Of a stretch of DNA of 64,000 bases, positions 50,848 to 64,000 are shown piece after piece. The position numbers and the translations under genes were made by a program. Source of the DNA: Geosiphon pyriformis uo1. Taxonomy: Eukaryota; Fungi; Glomeromycota. The stretch is from contig JAAOMT010000531.1 in assembly GCA_016748015.1 (NCBI GenBank), positions 124,001-188,000 of the forward strand, in the 5' to 3' direction. Numbering within the stretch: position 1 is the first letter of the stretch; each line of letters starts with the position of its first letter. The notes below the pieces were generated by a model. That model was not told the origin of the DNA. It made no database searches and worked only from the letters and a program-made list of their open reading frames with translations.

Positions 50848-52005
50848 TGTTACCCAAGTAGAAAAACTGATCCAAAGTTATGAAAAAACATAACCAAAAC
50901 GTGACATAACACAGAATAATGTGCAATAACGTTGGATAACGTGTTATAACATAAGATAATGTGTTATAATATAGGATAACACAGAATAATGCGCAATAAT
51001 GTTGGATAACGTGTTATAACATAAGATAACACGTTATAATGTAGGATAACACAGAATAGCATGCAATAACGTAGGATAACGTGTTATAATACAGGATAAC
51101 ACAGAATAACATGTAATAATGTCAGATAATATGTTATAACATAGAATAACTAGCAATAATGTAGAAAAACGAAGCAATAACAAAAACAACAAAACAATAG
51201 CTAGCAATAGCGAGACAATTGAAAGCAATCCTGTAAAACCAAAAAAATATATAAAAGCAAGTAGTTTTAGAAATGAGAAAAGACAGACAGATAGATATGA
51301 ACCTCTAAACAAGAATTAAATATCCATACCCCTTTATCTTTTATTATCTTCCCTATTTCAGCTCCTGAAATAAAACCAATTATTAAAAGAAATCAGAATC
51401 ACAAATTCATGTTCTCGAACTTTGTGAAATTTACATGAATTAATTCTTGTCTTGTACTTCCGTTTTAGGACAGATGCTCTTAGCATAACCACCTCAAACC
51501 TATTAACGATTTGGACCAATCACTCTTGATTATGGTGATTGACAATACTAATTTATCTTTTCTCTCTTTTCTTTTCTTTTCTTTTCTTTTTCTTTTTCTT
51601 TCTTTTTCTGTCTTATTTTTGTGGAGCGGCAACATAGTAAAATCAACTGTCTGGAAATAGACTTCGTGATAGCCTGGTAAAAGAAGGAAGCTCCCCCTAA
51701 GTTTTGGATATTAATATTATTTTGTTAGCTTACCAGAAGGGTGAAAAGACAATGCCAGACCCTAACAACTGTGCTCGTTAACTCAGAGAAGAAAACTCAC
51801 ATTTACAAAAAACATTGCAATCAATAAAAGACAAACTTTGTGCCTTATAACCAAAGAACTTAATGGGTAAATTCACATTCAGGAATAGATCTTCAGAGAC
51901 TGATAATCAAGACTAAGCCAACAGAATTATGCAGAAGATGTATCATCAATAACTGAGAGCACCAAACATTATCATTTCCTATACCCACCAAGTTTACTCA
52001 TAACA
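50848..52005 (+). repeat. 3' LTR of D (1158 bp)
   Basis: Direct repeat of 41722-42782 with a longer GGATAAC array. Confidence 0.93.
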
Positions 52006-52378
52006 CCGTGCTGACATATAGTTGGTTAGGGCCAAATATAAGGTCTTTATAGAGAGAAGTGGTTTAGTTTATCATAATGATTTTGTTTTTCCTGTGACCT
52101 AAGGTTTGTTGTCTTTGCTTTCAGCTGGGATAGTTAGGTTGCTTGGGATTGCTGAGACACTTGGTGTCTGTTTTGGTTTTCATAAACTTTGCTGTTTCTT
52201 TTCTGGTATTAATAGTGTAGTGTCTGTTATAATAAATTCATAGTATTGCTCTAATTGGTCTGAGTGGCTGGTCATATGTAGAAAATGCATAATTTGTGCT
52301 TAGTTTAGATCACTTAGTTTAATGTATTATGCTAGGTAACATTTGGGCCTTACTTGTTAAATGTTAATAAAAAAAAAA
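52006..52378 (+). mobile_element. LINE-3rd copy, ORF2 C-terminus, 3' UTR and A-tail
   Basis: Reads RADI(W)LVRAKYKVFIERSG...GFHKLCCFFSGINSVVSVIINS*, homologous to 25755-25976 (-). A-run near 52368-52378. Confidence 0.85.
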
Positions 52379-54519
52379 TCAAATGAAAAATATATTATGT
52401 ATTACCAGTCAGTTATAAAATTATTCTAAAAAAAATTAATTAAATATTAAACAATAAATTAATTTAATTGTTTATAAGTTTATAGTTATTATTAGTAGTA
52501 TTAATTCAGAAAAAAAATAGAAAATTTTGATTTTGTGTAAATTATTACAAACTTAACAATATTATTTATAATAATAATTATATAATTTTATAATTTCAAG
52601 AATTATTTAACTTATTTAATAGAAAAAAATAGTTTTTTATATTAAACTTAAACAATAATTATTAATAAATAATCATAAATTTAAATAGCAAAAAAAATAG
52701 TATTTACTATATAAAAAAAAATTTTGAATTTAATATAATGGTATTTGACTTGACTAATATATTTACAATATTTTAATAACTAATAAAAATTGTATACTTA
52801 AATATATTATAAAAATCAATAATTATTTATTTAAATAATATTAATATATTCTTAAAAACTTTTAATGAATATTTTTATTATCTATAGCAAGTAAATTAAA
52901 ACTTAATTTTAATAAATATTTTTTTGAAAAAACAAAAATCAAATTTTTGAAATATTTAATAAACAAAAATAATATTAAAACAGATTTAAACAAGATTAAA
53001 AAAGTCAAAAACTTAATAAAACTAAGAAAATTTTTGAAATTAACAGAATATTATTAATGATTTATTTAAAACTTTTTAATAATAGTCTAATTATTTTACT
53101 AATTTTAAACCAAAGATATATAATATAAATAAACAGATATAAAACAATAAATCTTTGAAAAATTAAGACAAAAGCTAATTTAAATATTAATTTTAATATA
53201 TTTAGATTATAATAAGTAATTTATAATTACTACCAATATATTTAAAATAGTATTATTAAATAATAATTGGGCCATACTTTATTAAAACATAAAATATATA
53301 TATATATATATATTAAATAAAAATAAACTTATAAATAGCAAAAAGTATTTAATTATTTTAAATAATAATTTATTAAAAGTTTTAATATTAATATATTTAC
53401 AACAAATATATTAAAAATTGTATTAAAAACAGTTTTATTTTAAATAAAGTTTAATAAACAAAAATATTTTGTAATATATATTAGTTAAAACATAAAATTA
53501 AAGCCATTATTTTTAACAATTATTTAACTTAAAATTAATTAAATTTTTTTATATTAAATAATATAATTTATTATTAATTTAAATTAAATTTGGCAAACAT
53601 ATGTATTTAAAACAAAAAAAATTATTGTTTATAATTAAAAAAAATTAAATATAATAATTAATATTATTGTGATAGAATTAATATAAACACCAAAAAAACC
53701 AAAAAAAGGCAACATTTTATTTTTTACCCAAAAAAAACAGACTTTAGTTCAAAAAATATTGTTTTTTAGTATTTTAAAAAAAAAGATTGTTGTTTTGATT
53801 TTTTTAGTTATTTAAACAGTAAAAAAAGAGTTAATAATAAAAAATAATAGCTTAATTATTAGTTTATAATTGAAAATTTTGGAACTTATTATAATAATTA
53901 TAATTATATTAAAATTATTTTTTGTGTATTACTTTAAAAGAATTTAAACAGAAAAAAACTTTTACTTCAAGACAAAAATGGTGCTTTTTTAGTAGCCAAA
54001 AGCTGTTTAGTGTTTTTATTATTAAACAAAAGCACTATTTAACTGTTTTTATTATTAAATAAAAGCACTATCTAACTGTTTTTATTATTAAAAAAACTTT
54101 TTAAATAATTGTATTGTTAAAAACTATAAAAGAAATAAATTGTTTTTTGTTTTAATTGTGATCATAAAATTGCAAAAGAGAAAAAAGTTTGAAATTTTTT
54201 TTTACATAATTTTTAATTTTTAATATTGTAGATTTATTAAAATAATTTCTTTGCAATAAATAGTTAAAGATTTTTGTCACTTTATTTTTTTAATAATCGA
54301 AAATATGTTATTTCAAATTTGTTTATTGATTATTGAATAGTAAATTGTTTAATTTATTCATGCATATATGAATTAAAGATTCTTTGAATGATGAATATAA
54401 ATTTATGGAAAACTTATTTTAGAATTAGTCATTGTGACTAGAAAAACTTTTGTCATAATGAGTCAATGAAGCTGAACTTGAAATTTTCAAGTTTAGTACC
54501 AACAGTTGCCAAGATAACA

Positions 54520-54551
<32 letters not shown>

Positions 54552-54943
54552 GTTTTTATTGTTTTTATTGTTGAAACAAAAAAATCGTATGTAACACAAT
54601 AAGTAATTACCATGTAAGAATTCCTGAATTCATTCTTTATGAAATTTTTCAAAAGTAATTCTTTTAAATTTTATCTAATTTTTAACTTTTACGGCAACTT
54701 TCTCTTGGCTAAATAATAGTAGAGAGCTCTCACCAAGCTAAAGCCACAATTAAAAGAAACTAATTAGCATGAAAGAAACTTGTATTCAAATAGCAAAGCC
54801 AGCCAAAAATGGCGGCACATTTTCTTTATGATGATGATGATGATGATGATAATACAAGTTCATGAGTCGAGATTGTCAAGAAACTAATAGTTTAATCATA
54901 GAGTATATTTATATCTTTGGATTTTTAATTTTAATAAATGTGC

Positions 54944-54978
<35 letters not shown>

Positions 54979-56751
54979 TACTCATTCACTCAATCAAAAC
55001 ATTCATTAAATCAATCAATTACCGGAAGATTACACAATCTTCCGATTTAGGAAACACATGCACATGTTCAAGGGCGTGAGGCCGAGTCTTTAAAATCCGC
55101 GAATCCCTAAATATTTTCTATCCCACATGCTTTCATGATTAAAATAAAATTTATTTTTTTATGACTTGCATAAGTCTAAACCAAAAAAAGAATTGTGGTA
55201 ATTTTCTCCTTTCGTAAAATTACGGCTTTAGAATCTCAGCACATTTCACGCATGACAACTAAGGTTTTTAACTCTTAGCGACTCTAGAGGTGAGTGAGTG
55301 ATTGTTGATTGTTGATTGTTGATTGTTGATTGTTGATTGGATATAGGCGTGGAAAGTGGTAGAAAGGCCGACTTAATATTTTCTAGTCATTTTTGCCCCC
55401 GAGAGGATATATACTAGTCAACTATTCTGCGTTTATGTGATCCACATATAGAAAATCTTTGTTAATTACATAGAAAAATTCGATTAGTAAGAGTAAACAA
55501 GCAGATAAATTTATTAGTAGTTAATATGAATGAAATTAGATTAAACGTTTAAAAACAAGAAAATTTTTGAAAAAATGTTTTTTAATAATTATTTTATTGA
55601 TATTTATTTAATAAAACTAAATTTTAAAACTATATTAAAATAATGAAATAAAAAAATTAATATATATGTATATATATATCTTTTTGATATTTATTTTGAA
55701 AAATACATTTTATAATCTTGAATTTATAAATTTTAATTTTAATTTAAAGATAATATATATATATATATATAAATTTAAACAAATAAATATGTTTTATAAA
55801 TGGTTTTTTTAACAGAAAATTGAAATAAACAATAAAAAACTATTTGATTTATTTTCTTAGGTTTTAAGATTTAAAAATTTAAATAATTGAAACGGTTTTA
55901 TATTGTGCAAATTTTGTTCATCTCAGCCCTTTGAATATTCATTATATCTCACTGTAAGTAGGCAGACAAGTAGATGGTGTGACTACATTAAAAATAAAAA
56001 TAAAAACGATATTACTCTTTGTACTTTTTTAATGTCGTTTTTTATTTTTATTTTTATTTTTATTTTTATTTTTATTTTTTTGAAATATTAGAAAATCAAA
56101 CAATTTGTGTTACTTTTAAAAATTAAAATATTAATAGAAAAAGGATATATATTTTTTTATAAAGATTTATATATTAAAATAAAAACAAATTCCTTTCTCA
56201 GCTTTCAAATGAAAACAAAAAAAAAACTGATCCTTTATGAAATAAATAATTTTTATATTCTAAATTAAATTAAATTAAATTAAATTAAATTAAATTAAAT
56301 TAAATTTTTAAAGTTTTAAATGGGCGCAAAAAAAGCTGTACAAGAATGATGAAAAATTTTAAATTAAATACTAGTCATCTGATCAAATTTTAGTGTTTGA
56401 ATTTGTTGCGAGATGCATTCATAATTAATTTGTTCAACAGAGCTTTAAAAATAATAAAAATAATAAAAAAAAAAGGGTGAAAGGTAAATATCGAACGTCC
56501 CGAATGGCGCACTTTCATGACACCAGTTTCTCAACGGGGGAAAAATGATGTCCTTTTGGTTGATCAACAACAAAATAAAATAAAAAAATTTAACGATCAA
56601 TCATAATACACATGCTTCTATATGCAATGACAAATCTTATTAAATCATCCCTCAGCCGATTTATATTAAAATTATTTACAAACAAAGAAATAAATAGGTT
56701 CACACAAAACAAGAAACTCTAATCTAAGCCAATAAAGATAAAATGTGCTTT

Positions 56752-56753
<2 letters not shown>

Positions 56754-56808
<55 letters not shown>
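56754..56808. repeat. poly(T) tract
   Basis: ~55 T. Confidence 0.95.
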
Positions 56809-56813
<5 letters not shown>

Positions 56814-57278
56814 GATTTTCCAGTAGGGGAAATTTTTTTTTCGTCATTTGAAAGAAACAATAGAAAAAATACACCATTGAGGTAATATATTGTTTTGAAA
56901 CCATTTACATAAAAAATTTTTTTTTAGTATTTTTCATTATTATTATTAAAGTTAATGATGAAATTATGAAATTTTATATATTAAACCTATTTTGACGCGT
57001 GACGAATGGGAAAAAAATGGATATTAAAAAAATTTTTAATTCTGAAAGATAGTTTTAAAAAATTTTCATAATCTTTTAAAATTTTAATTTTCAATATTTG
57101 ATTGACTCTGCATCATTTTTATCACATTTCTCATGCACCCCTGAAGTTATAGCAAAGCAAGAAATGAAAATGTATTTCTCGATTCAAATTTTTTCATAAA
57201 ATTATTATTTTATGCATGACATCAATTCCAGATCATGTTTTCGATTTTTAAGACGCTGTTGTACTTCCTAACTTTTCA

Positions 57279-57280
<2 letters not shown>

Positions 57281-57321
<41 letters not shown>
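57281..57321. repeat. (GAT)n microsatellite
   Basis: Seen directly. Confidence 0.95.
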
Positions 57322-57591
57322 CAAATAGTTTTTGTTTGCGATATTAAATTTTTTCAATATATATATATAAATAATTGTTAGGCATGATGATCACTGTAAA
57401 TTTACAATATTTAGGTTTTTAAATATTCCAGATTTTTTATTAAATTTTTAATGCAATTACCTCATTTTGTAACAATATCAATTTTTATTACTAGACAATA
57501 TATATATAAATATACATATATATTGTCTATAAAAATTTATTTATGGCCAAATTAAAACCATCATGTTATGCGCAACTTTAAGTCTGTAAAA

Positions 57592-57630
<39 letters not shown>

Positions 57631-58700
57631 AAAAGAATTAAAAATATCAAACTCCTCTTAATTAATTATAATTTGATTTTATTAACTTGAAAAAAATCAA
57701 AAATCAAAAATGCCTGCAAATAACATAGGTTTAAATTTAAATAATTATTTGTTACAAGATAACGACATACTTGAAGAAAATCTAATATATTTTTATTTAA
57801 AAATAATTAGATTAATTACGATATGTTTTTAATAAATAAAACATGTGCAATTAATATTTTTAAAAATAAGACAAAAACCCTTTTAAAAACTAATCTTTCA
57901 TATGCTAACATAAAGATAAAAGTAAATTTATTAATTTATAATCAAAATTAAAAATTATTTTAATAATTATTGTGTTTAAAAATTCATGTGATATTAATTA
58001 TTTTATTAATAATTATAAATTTATTATTAAAAAAAAAAAAATACAAATTTTTTTTTAAAAATAGTTGATAAAATAAATTATTTATCATAACCATTTTTAA
58101 TTATAATCACAATTTATGTTAATAATTTTACTCAGCAAAAAAATTATCTAATTACAACATTATTTGTGTTTATTTAAAAATTAATCGGTTTTTTTTTTTA
58201 AAAACAATTAAATATTTTTTAAAATTATTTTTTAAATCATATAAATAAATTATTTAATATCAAAATTAATTAATTAAAAAATTTTATAATTTTATAATTA
58301 AACAAAAAATTTTATGTTAATTAAAATATTTTTGTAAAATTGTATTTATTATGATTTAAAGTTTAAAATAAATGTTTAAAATATTAATTTATCATTGGTA
58401 TAGTTTTTTTTTGTTTGGTTTGAAATTAATTATTATTATATTGGTTTTTAATGTTAAAATTAAACTTTTTATTTATTTATTTAATATGTATGCTACAATA
58501 TTGTTAAATTACCACATGATTAAATTGAATTTTGAATATATATTTATAAAAATTATTTAATTATTTTATTTTTGAAAATTAAAATGTTTAAATTAAATTA
58601 TAAATATTATGATTTTATTTAAAAAAATATTTTTATTAAAAAAAAATTATTATTATTTTAAATATGTATATTAACATTATTAATTATTTAATAATAATTA

Positions 58701-58832
<132 letters not shown>

Positions 58833-59720
58833 CAAAAAAACCAAAAAAAATAACAGTTTTAACATAAAATCTTATATATTAATAAAACAAAACTCAAAAA
58901 TTTTAAAACCAATTACAAACTTTAATAAAAACTTTGAAATATTCTATAATTAGAAAACAAATAATTAAAATTTTAACATTTAAAACAATATTAATATTCA
59001 AGAATTTTTTATTAAATATAACTTTTTTTTAATATATATTGGTTTTATTAATAATAATAATAATAATATTTAAATTAAATTAAAAACCAATATATAATAA
59101 TTATATATTTTAATCTTTAAAAAAAATTAAAAAACTAAAAAATAAAACAAGTATAATTATAGACTTAAAAAAACCAATTTGTTGATTTTAAAAACAATAT
59201 AGTCAAAAAAAAAATTAATCAACTTAGTTTTTAAATACATTATAAAAAGTAATAATTTTTTTTTTAATTAAAAAGAAAATAAACTTCATATAAAAAGCTT
59301 AATATTGTTTTTAAAATAAAGTTATATGCAAAAACATAATTTTTGTTTTGCTTTTAAAACTGACAATAATTGATTAAAAACTAATTTATTAAATAATATA
59401 GTTAGAAACTGATTCGAACTAAAAATATCTATAATGTTATTATTATTATTAATAATAATAATAATATTATTATTATTATTGTTGTTGTTGTTGTTGTTGT
59501 TTAAAATAGAAAATTGTTTTCTGTTTTGGCTTTTTAGTTAAAATATAATATAATTTAAAATTAAACTTATTAAATTAAAACAGATTTAAAAATATTGTAA
59601 TTAATTAATAATTTGAATTTAATTTAGAAATCATTAATAAAATATTTAAATAAATTTTAATTTGTGAAAAATTTACAATAAATTTATCTATTTAACCTTT
59701 TTTTTTTTTTTTTTTTTTTT

Positions 59721-60460
59721 NNNNNNNNNNNNNNNNNNNNNNNNNNNNNNNNNNNNNNNNNNNNNNNNNNNNNNNNNNNNNNNNNNNNNNNNNNNNNNNN
59801 NNNNNNNNNNNNNNNNNNNNNNNNNNNNNNNNNNNNNNNNNNNNNNNNNNNNNNNNNNNNNNNNNNNNNNNNNNNNNNNNNNNNNNNNNNNNNNNNNNNN
59901 NNNNNNNNNNNNNNNNNNNNNNNNNNNNNNNNNNNNNNNNNNNNNNNNNNNNNNNNNNNNNNNNNNNNNNNNNNNNNNNNNNNNNNNNNNNNNNNNNNNN
60001 NNNNNNNNNNNNNNNNNNNNNNNNNNNNNNNNNNNNNNNNNNNNNNNNNNNNNNNNNNNNNNNNNNNNNNNNNNNNNNNNNNNNNNNNNNNNNNNNNNNN
60101 NNNNNNNNNNNNNNNNNNNNNNNNNNNNNNNNNNNNNNNNNNNNNNNNNNNNNNNNNNNNNNNNNNNNNNNNNNNNNNNNNNNNNNNNNNNNNNNNNNNN
60201 NNNNNNNNNNNNNNNNNNNNNNNNNNNNNNNNNNNNNNNNNNNNNNNNNNNNNNNNNNNNNNNNNNNNNNNNNNNNNNNNNNNNNNNNNNNNNNNNNNNN
60301 NNNNNNNNNNNNNNNNNNNNNNNNNNNNNNNNNNNNNNNNNNNNNNNNNNNNNNNNNNNNNNNNNNNNNNNNNNNNNNNNNNNNNNNNNNNNNNNNNNNN
60401 NNNNNNNNNNNNNNNNNNNNNNNNNNNNNNNNNNNNNNNNNNNNNNNNNNNNNNNNNNNN
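59721..60460. other. Assembly gap (740 N)
   Basis: N run flanked by poly(T) and poly(A). Confidence 1.
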
Positions 60461-60661
60461 AAAAAAAAAAAAAAAAAAAAAAAGTTTAACCACAAATTTC
60501 ACAGCGAAAACCTAAAATTATGCTATTTTCAAATTCGGGGAATTTTTAGTATAATTATAAAATTTTTGGATAAATTTCAAAACTAAATTATTTTTTTTCT
60601 GTATTTAATATTCATGTATCAAAGAGTAATAGCCCCCGATCAACTCAATTAATTCAATCCG

Positions 60662-60696
<35 letters not shown>

Positions 60697-61117
60697 ATAT
60701 AAAAGTAGAAATTTTTTTGTAAGCTTCGGAGATTGAGATAAATTTGAAAATCTATGTTATGATACGAATTATGAATTGTTCTGGAAAAAGTAGATTATAT
60801 ATTAGGTTTGTAACAATAGATAGTGCATAATGATTAATTTTCGGTGTATCATCTCGATGAAAAAAAAGGATTTCGATCCTTTGGCATAAAAAACTTGAGA
60901 CTGAAGTTTCGAAAATTTTCTACTAGTATTTGTAAAATTAGGTTTAGATAGTTAGTAAATAATAGTGATGATGATAACTAGATGATAACTAGATAATAAC
61001 TAAATAATAATAATAATAATAATAATGTATTTAGTTTATATATCATAGTTAGGTTTTTTATATTCATTCAAAGATTTACCGAGATTTCCAGGAAGCAAAA
61101 CAGGCAAAGATCAGTGA

Positions 61118-61169
<52 letters not shown>

Positions 61170-62176
61170 GTAATAATAATAATCTTCCTCGTGTCCATGA
61201 AAAAAATAATAATAATGGAATTATCCGAGATTCCTGAGCATGAACAAATTAAATGAAATGTGTCAAAATAAAATATTCGATTCCTTGGCAACAAAAGATT
61301 CCTTTTAATGTTTATACAAGTTGATGAGGTTTAGGGATGGATATTTTTCACGTATATAGATCTGCAATAAAAATTTTCTTCCCCTAATTAGAGAACCATC
61401 ATCATCATCATTATCACACATGTGAAAAAAAAAATTTTCCTCCATTATCTTTGTTGATCCCATTTTACCTTTGAGAATAAATTTTTAAATTGACTCGGGA
61501 CATTGATCATCTCATTGAATCTTCTTGTTGTTCTTGTTCTTGTCGTCCATTCTTGATTTAGCAAGAGATTTTTTGACAAAAAGGCATTTACATTGAAAAA
61601 ATTTCCATTTCAAGTTATTGAAAGAAAAAAATTCTGGAATCACGAAAAAACCCTTGAGGCTAAAGCATATGATTGATTTTAAAAAGGGAAAAACCGGTTG
61701 AAAAACTTGCTTTTCCTTCTAGATTGTATCACACACGTTTGCTGCTTTAACCCGGGCATGATAAGTATGACTTTTGAGCTTGGGATCTTATTGAAAATAC
61801 GTTGGTGTAAGCCAGGTGAACAGTCCAAGCCACTTGCCCTGTGCTTCTTGTAATCAAACCAGTTTGTTGAATTTCCATCTGTTGAGTTTCCTTTTTTTTT
61901 TCTTTTTTTTTTTTTATTGTATCACGAGGGAGGGAATAGTATGCAAGACGGTTTAGAGTATTTTTAATTTTTAATTTATGAATTTCTTTGAGCTTCCCAA
62001 CTTGCATTTCATCTATATGTACTGTTTGAGATAAGCGAAAAGTTCACGAATATAAGAAAAATTGAGCAAAAGTTCACCATTTCGAGAGATACCGCTGCTG
62101 TTCACTGATAATCAGGGAGGAATTGGTGATACCGCATGATTCATTTTGTCACTAATGATTAACAAGATGATGGGAC

Positions 62177-62179
<3 letters not shown>

Positions 62180-62218
<39 letters not shown>
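62180..62218. repeat. (GA)n microsatellite
   Basis: Seen directly. Confidence 0.95.
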
Positions 62219-62227
<9 letters not shown>

Positions 62228-62559
62228 GAATTATTAAAAGACTTTTATGTTGTAATTAACATTTTATTGTTTGAACTTTGTTTTTTCAGGAATCAAAAAC
62301 AGCTACCTACTGTATCTTTTTGCATCAAATAAATGATGCAAAAATTTTTCATGCACACCGAGGATCAAATATGTCATGATGTAATTTTTCGATTTTTATC
62401 ACTATTTTTGGACAACATGAGCTTCATTGATGTATCCCCAGTCAAAAAAATTTATCAGTGAGTATATTTGCATGATTGATAAAATTTAACCACAAAATTT
62501 TTTTGATTGATTTTGATTATTTTTTATTTAATTATTATTATTATTGATTATTTTTTATT

Positions 62560-62561
62560 TG

Positions 62562-62636
<75 letters not shown>
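62560..62636. repeat. (ATT)n microsatellite
   Basis: Seen directly. Confidence 0.95.
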
Positions 62637-63079
62637 GTTGTTTTTCTTATTTTACACGTCAAAAATTTTGTGCTTGCTATGATTAAACTTTAAATCAAAA
62701 AATACAACCCAAGATTGGGGCTTTCCTCGATCACTCCAATTTTTATGTTTTAGATATTGTTCTATTAAACTGTTCTATTACTTCTATCAGAATAGTTAAG
62801 GCGAAAAAAATAATTTTCAATATTATCGCCATCACACAAGATCAAAATATATTTTTTTTAATCAAATAGCACATGCGTTCGATTAACACAAAATACAAAA
62901 TTGACCGGATAAAAAGAAATCAAAATTCGTTTCTTTACGAGATTAGTTCATGCTGTTAATTTTTTTTCTTAAAAAAAAAGGGGTAAATCGAATAATATAC
63001 CGATATTCAGAATTTCAGACTCGGTGTGCCGATTGTTTGTATATCGTCTATCAGCTATCCCAGTAGCAGTGGCAGTAGT

Positions 63080-63091
63080 AGCAGCAACAGG

Positions 63092-63158
<67 letters not shown>

Positions 63159-63190
63159 GCAGCAGCAGCAGCATCATCACCACCACCACG
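63080..63190. repeat. (GCAACA)n/(GCA)n/(CAC)n compound microsatellite
   Basis: Seen directly. Confidence 0.9.
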
Positions 63191-63860
63191 ATTTGAATAA
63201 TAATAAAAAACCTTTTTTTATTCATCTATTATTTAAATCCGTTTTGTAAAAAAAAGATTGGTTTAATTTTTTTTCTAGTAATCTAAGACAAATATTATCA
63301 TGTGTAGTGATGTTTTACATGTGTATGAAAAACTTTAAAATACCTTTTATTATCTGTTCAAAAGGGTGTGACACACACACACACACACACACACACTAGA
63401 AAAGGGAATAACCAAGTACAATTGATAATTGTTGGCGGGCAAAAAAAACAATTCAAATTTCGAGTAATTTCAAGATTCTGGATTTTTAATTTAAAAGATA
63501 TAAAAAATGTTTAAAAAACAAATATATCATTGTAATTTTATCTTTTGAAAGTGGTTTTTTTATATATGCATTTGATATAAACTTAATCTTAAATTTGTTA
63601 ATTACTTAATTACCTACTTGATTACTTACTTGATTACTTGTTTGCTTGCTTGCTTACCTACTTACTTAATTCCTTCCTTTTACTTACTTATTTTTTACTT
63701 ACTTTAACCTAGTTAATTTTTTTTTCTTTAGAGTGACAACTAAAAACCTAGTTGATAAAAATAAAACAGGTAAAGAAAAAAAAATTAAGAGATACGTAAA
63801 AAAAAAAAAATATTTTCGACAAACAACTATAACTTAATCATGTTATATTTTTCATTCAAC

Positions 63861-63864
<4 letters not shown>

Positions 63865-63901
<37 letters not shown>
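63865..63901. repeat. (CT)n microsatellite
   Basis: Seen directly. Confidence 0.95.
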
Positions 63902-63908
<7 letters not shown>

Positions 63909-64000
63909 CTCTCTCTTTCTCTCTTTCTTTTTCTCTCTCTTTAAAGAAACAAAATATTTTATTGTTTGATCGAATTAAAAATTTAGAATTTTATCTTGAC

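Larger units (their letters stand above)
41722..52005 (+). mobile_element. Ty3/Gypsy LTR retrotransposon D (family 3, dUTPase-bearing)
   Basis: LTRs 41722-42782 and 50848-52005, PBS 42785-42801, PPT 50832-50847, flanking 4-mers CTGT/CCGT. Confidence 0.95.

Noticed and set aside
57492-57529. 14-bp perfect inverted repeat
   Set aside because: Mostly (TA)n, expected in AT-rich DNA, with no TSD or other support.
59690-60495. poly(T)...poly(A) flanks of the gap as terminal inverted repeats
   Set aside because: Complementarity beyond the homopolymers is imperfect and short. Assemblers commonly break at such runs.
59684-60502. Two long ORFs (272 and 267 aa)
   Set aside because: They are translations of the N gap and flanking homopolymers.
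61747-62007. 86-aa minus-strand ORF
   Set aside because: Contains a homopolymer-derived poly-K run, with no recognisable domain or exon structure.
63060-63270. Poly-Q/poly-H-like reading suggesting a transcription factor exon
   Set aside because: In-frame TAG codons lie immediately upstream, with no start or clear splice context. Treated as a microsatellite.

Overview
AT-rich eukaryotic DNA. Short GT-AG introns and the TE types suggest an early-diverging fungus, probably Glomeromycota (inference). Bases ~1-18.1 kb and ~25.6-52.4 kb are two nests of decayed retroelements. They hold four two-LTR Ty3/Gypsy elements: A 948-17328 (+), B 5866-13578 (-), C 28824-38952 (-) and D 41722-52005 (+). They also hold two solo LTRs (E 5124-13652, split by B; F 40111-40998) and pieces of three related LINEs, one with a readable APE-RT-RNase H ORF2. 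Between the nests lie two intact tandem 13-exon M20D amidohydrolase genes (18979-21082, 21790-23859). The last ~11.6 kb is non-coding, microsatellite-rich and contains a 740-N gap. The most notable signal is an unusual architecture shared by all four Gypsy copies across three LTR families. Pol stops after RNase H, integrase is a separate ORF with its own start codon, and a further ~210-245 aa ORF of unknown function (ORF-X) follows it. Insertions make 4-bp TSDs and share a non-initiator-type PBS. Family 1 (A, B) has a U-UUA-AAC -1 frameshift site at the gag-pol junction. Families 2/3 (C, D) instead have fused Gag-Pol with a dUTPase and an anti-PBS hairpin in U5. Each LTR family has its own U3 tandem-motif array. 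All TE copies are disabled mainly by C>T/G>A transitions.
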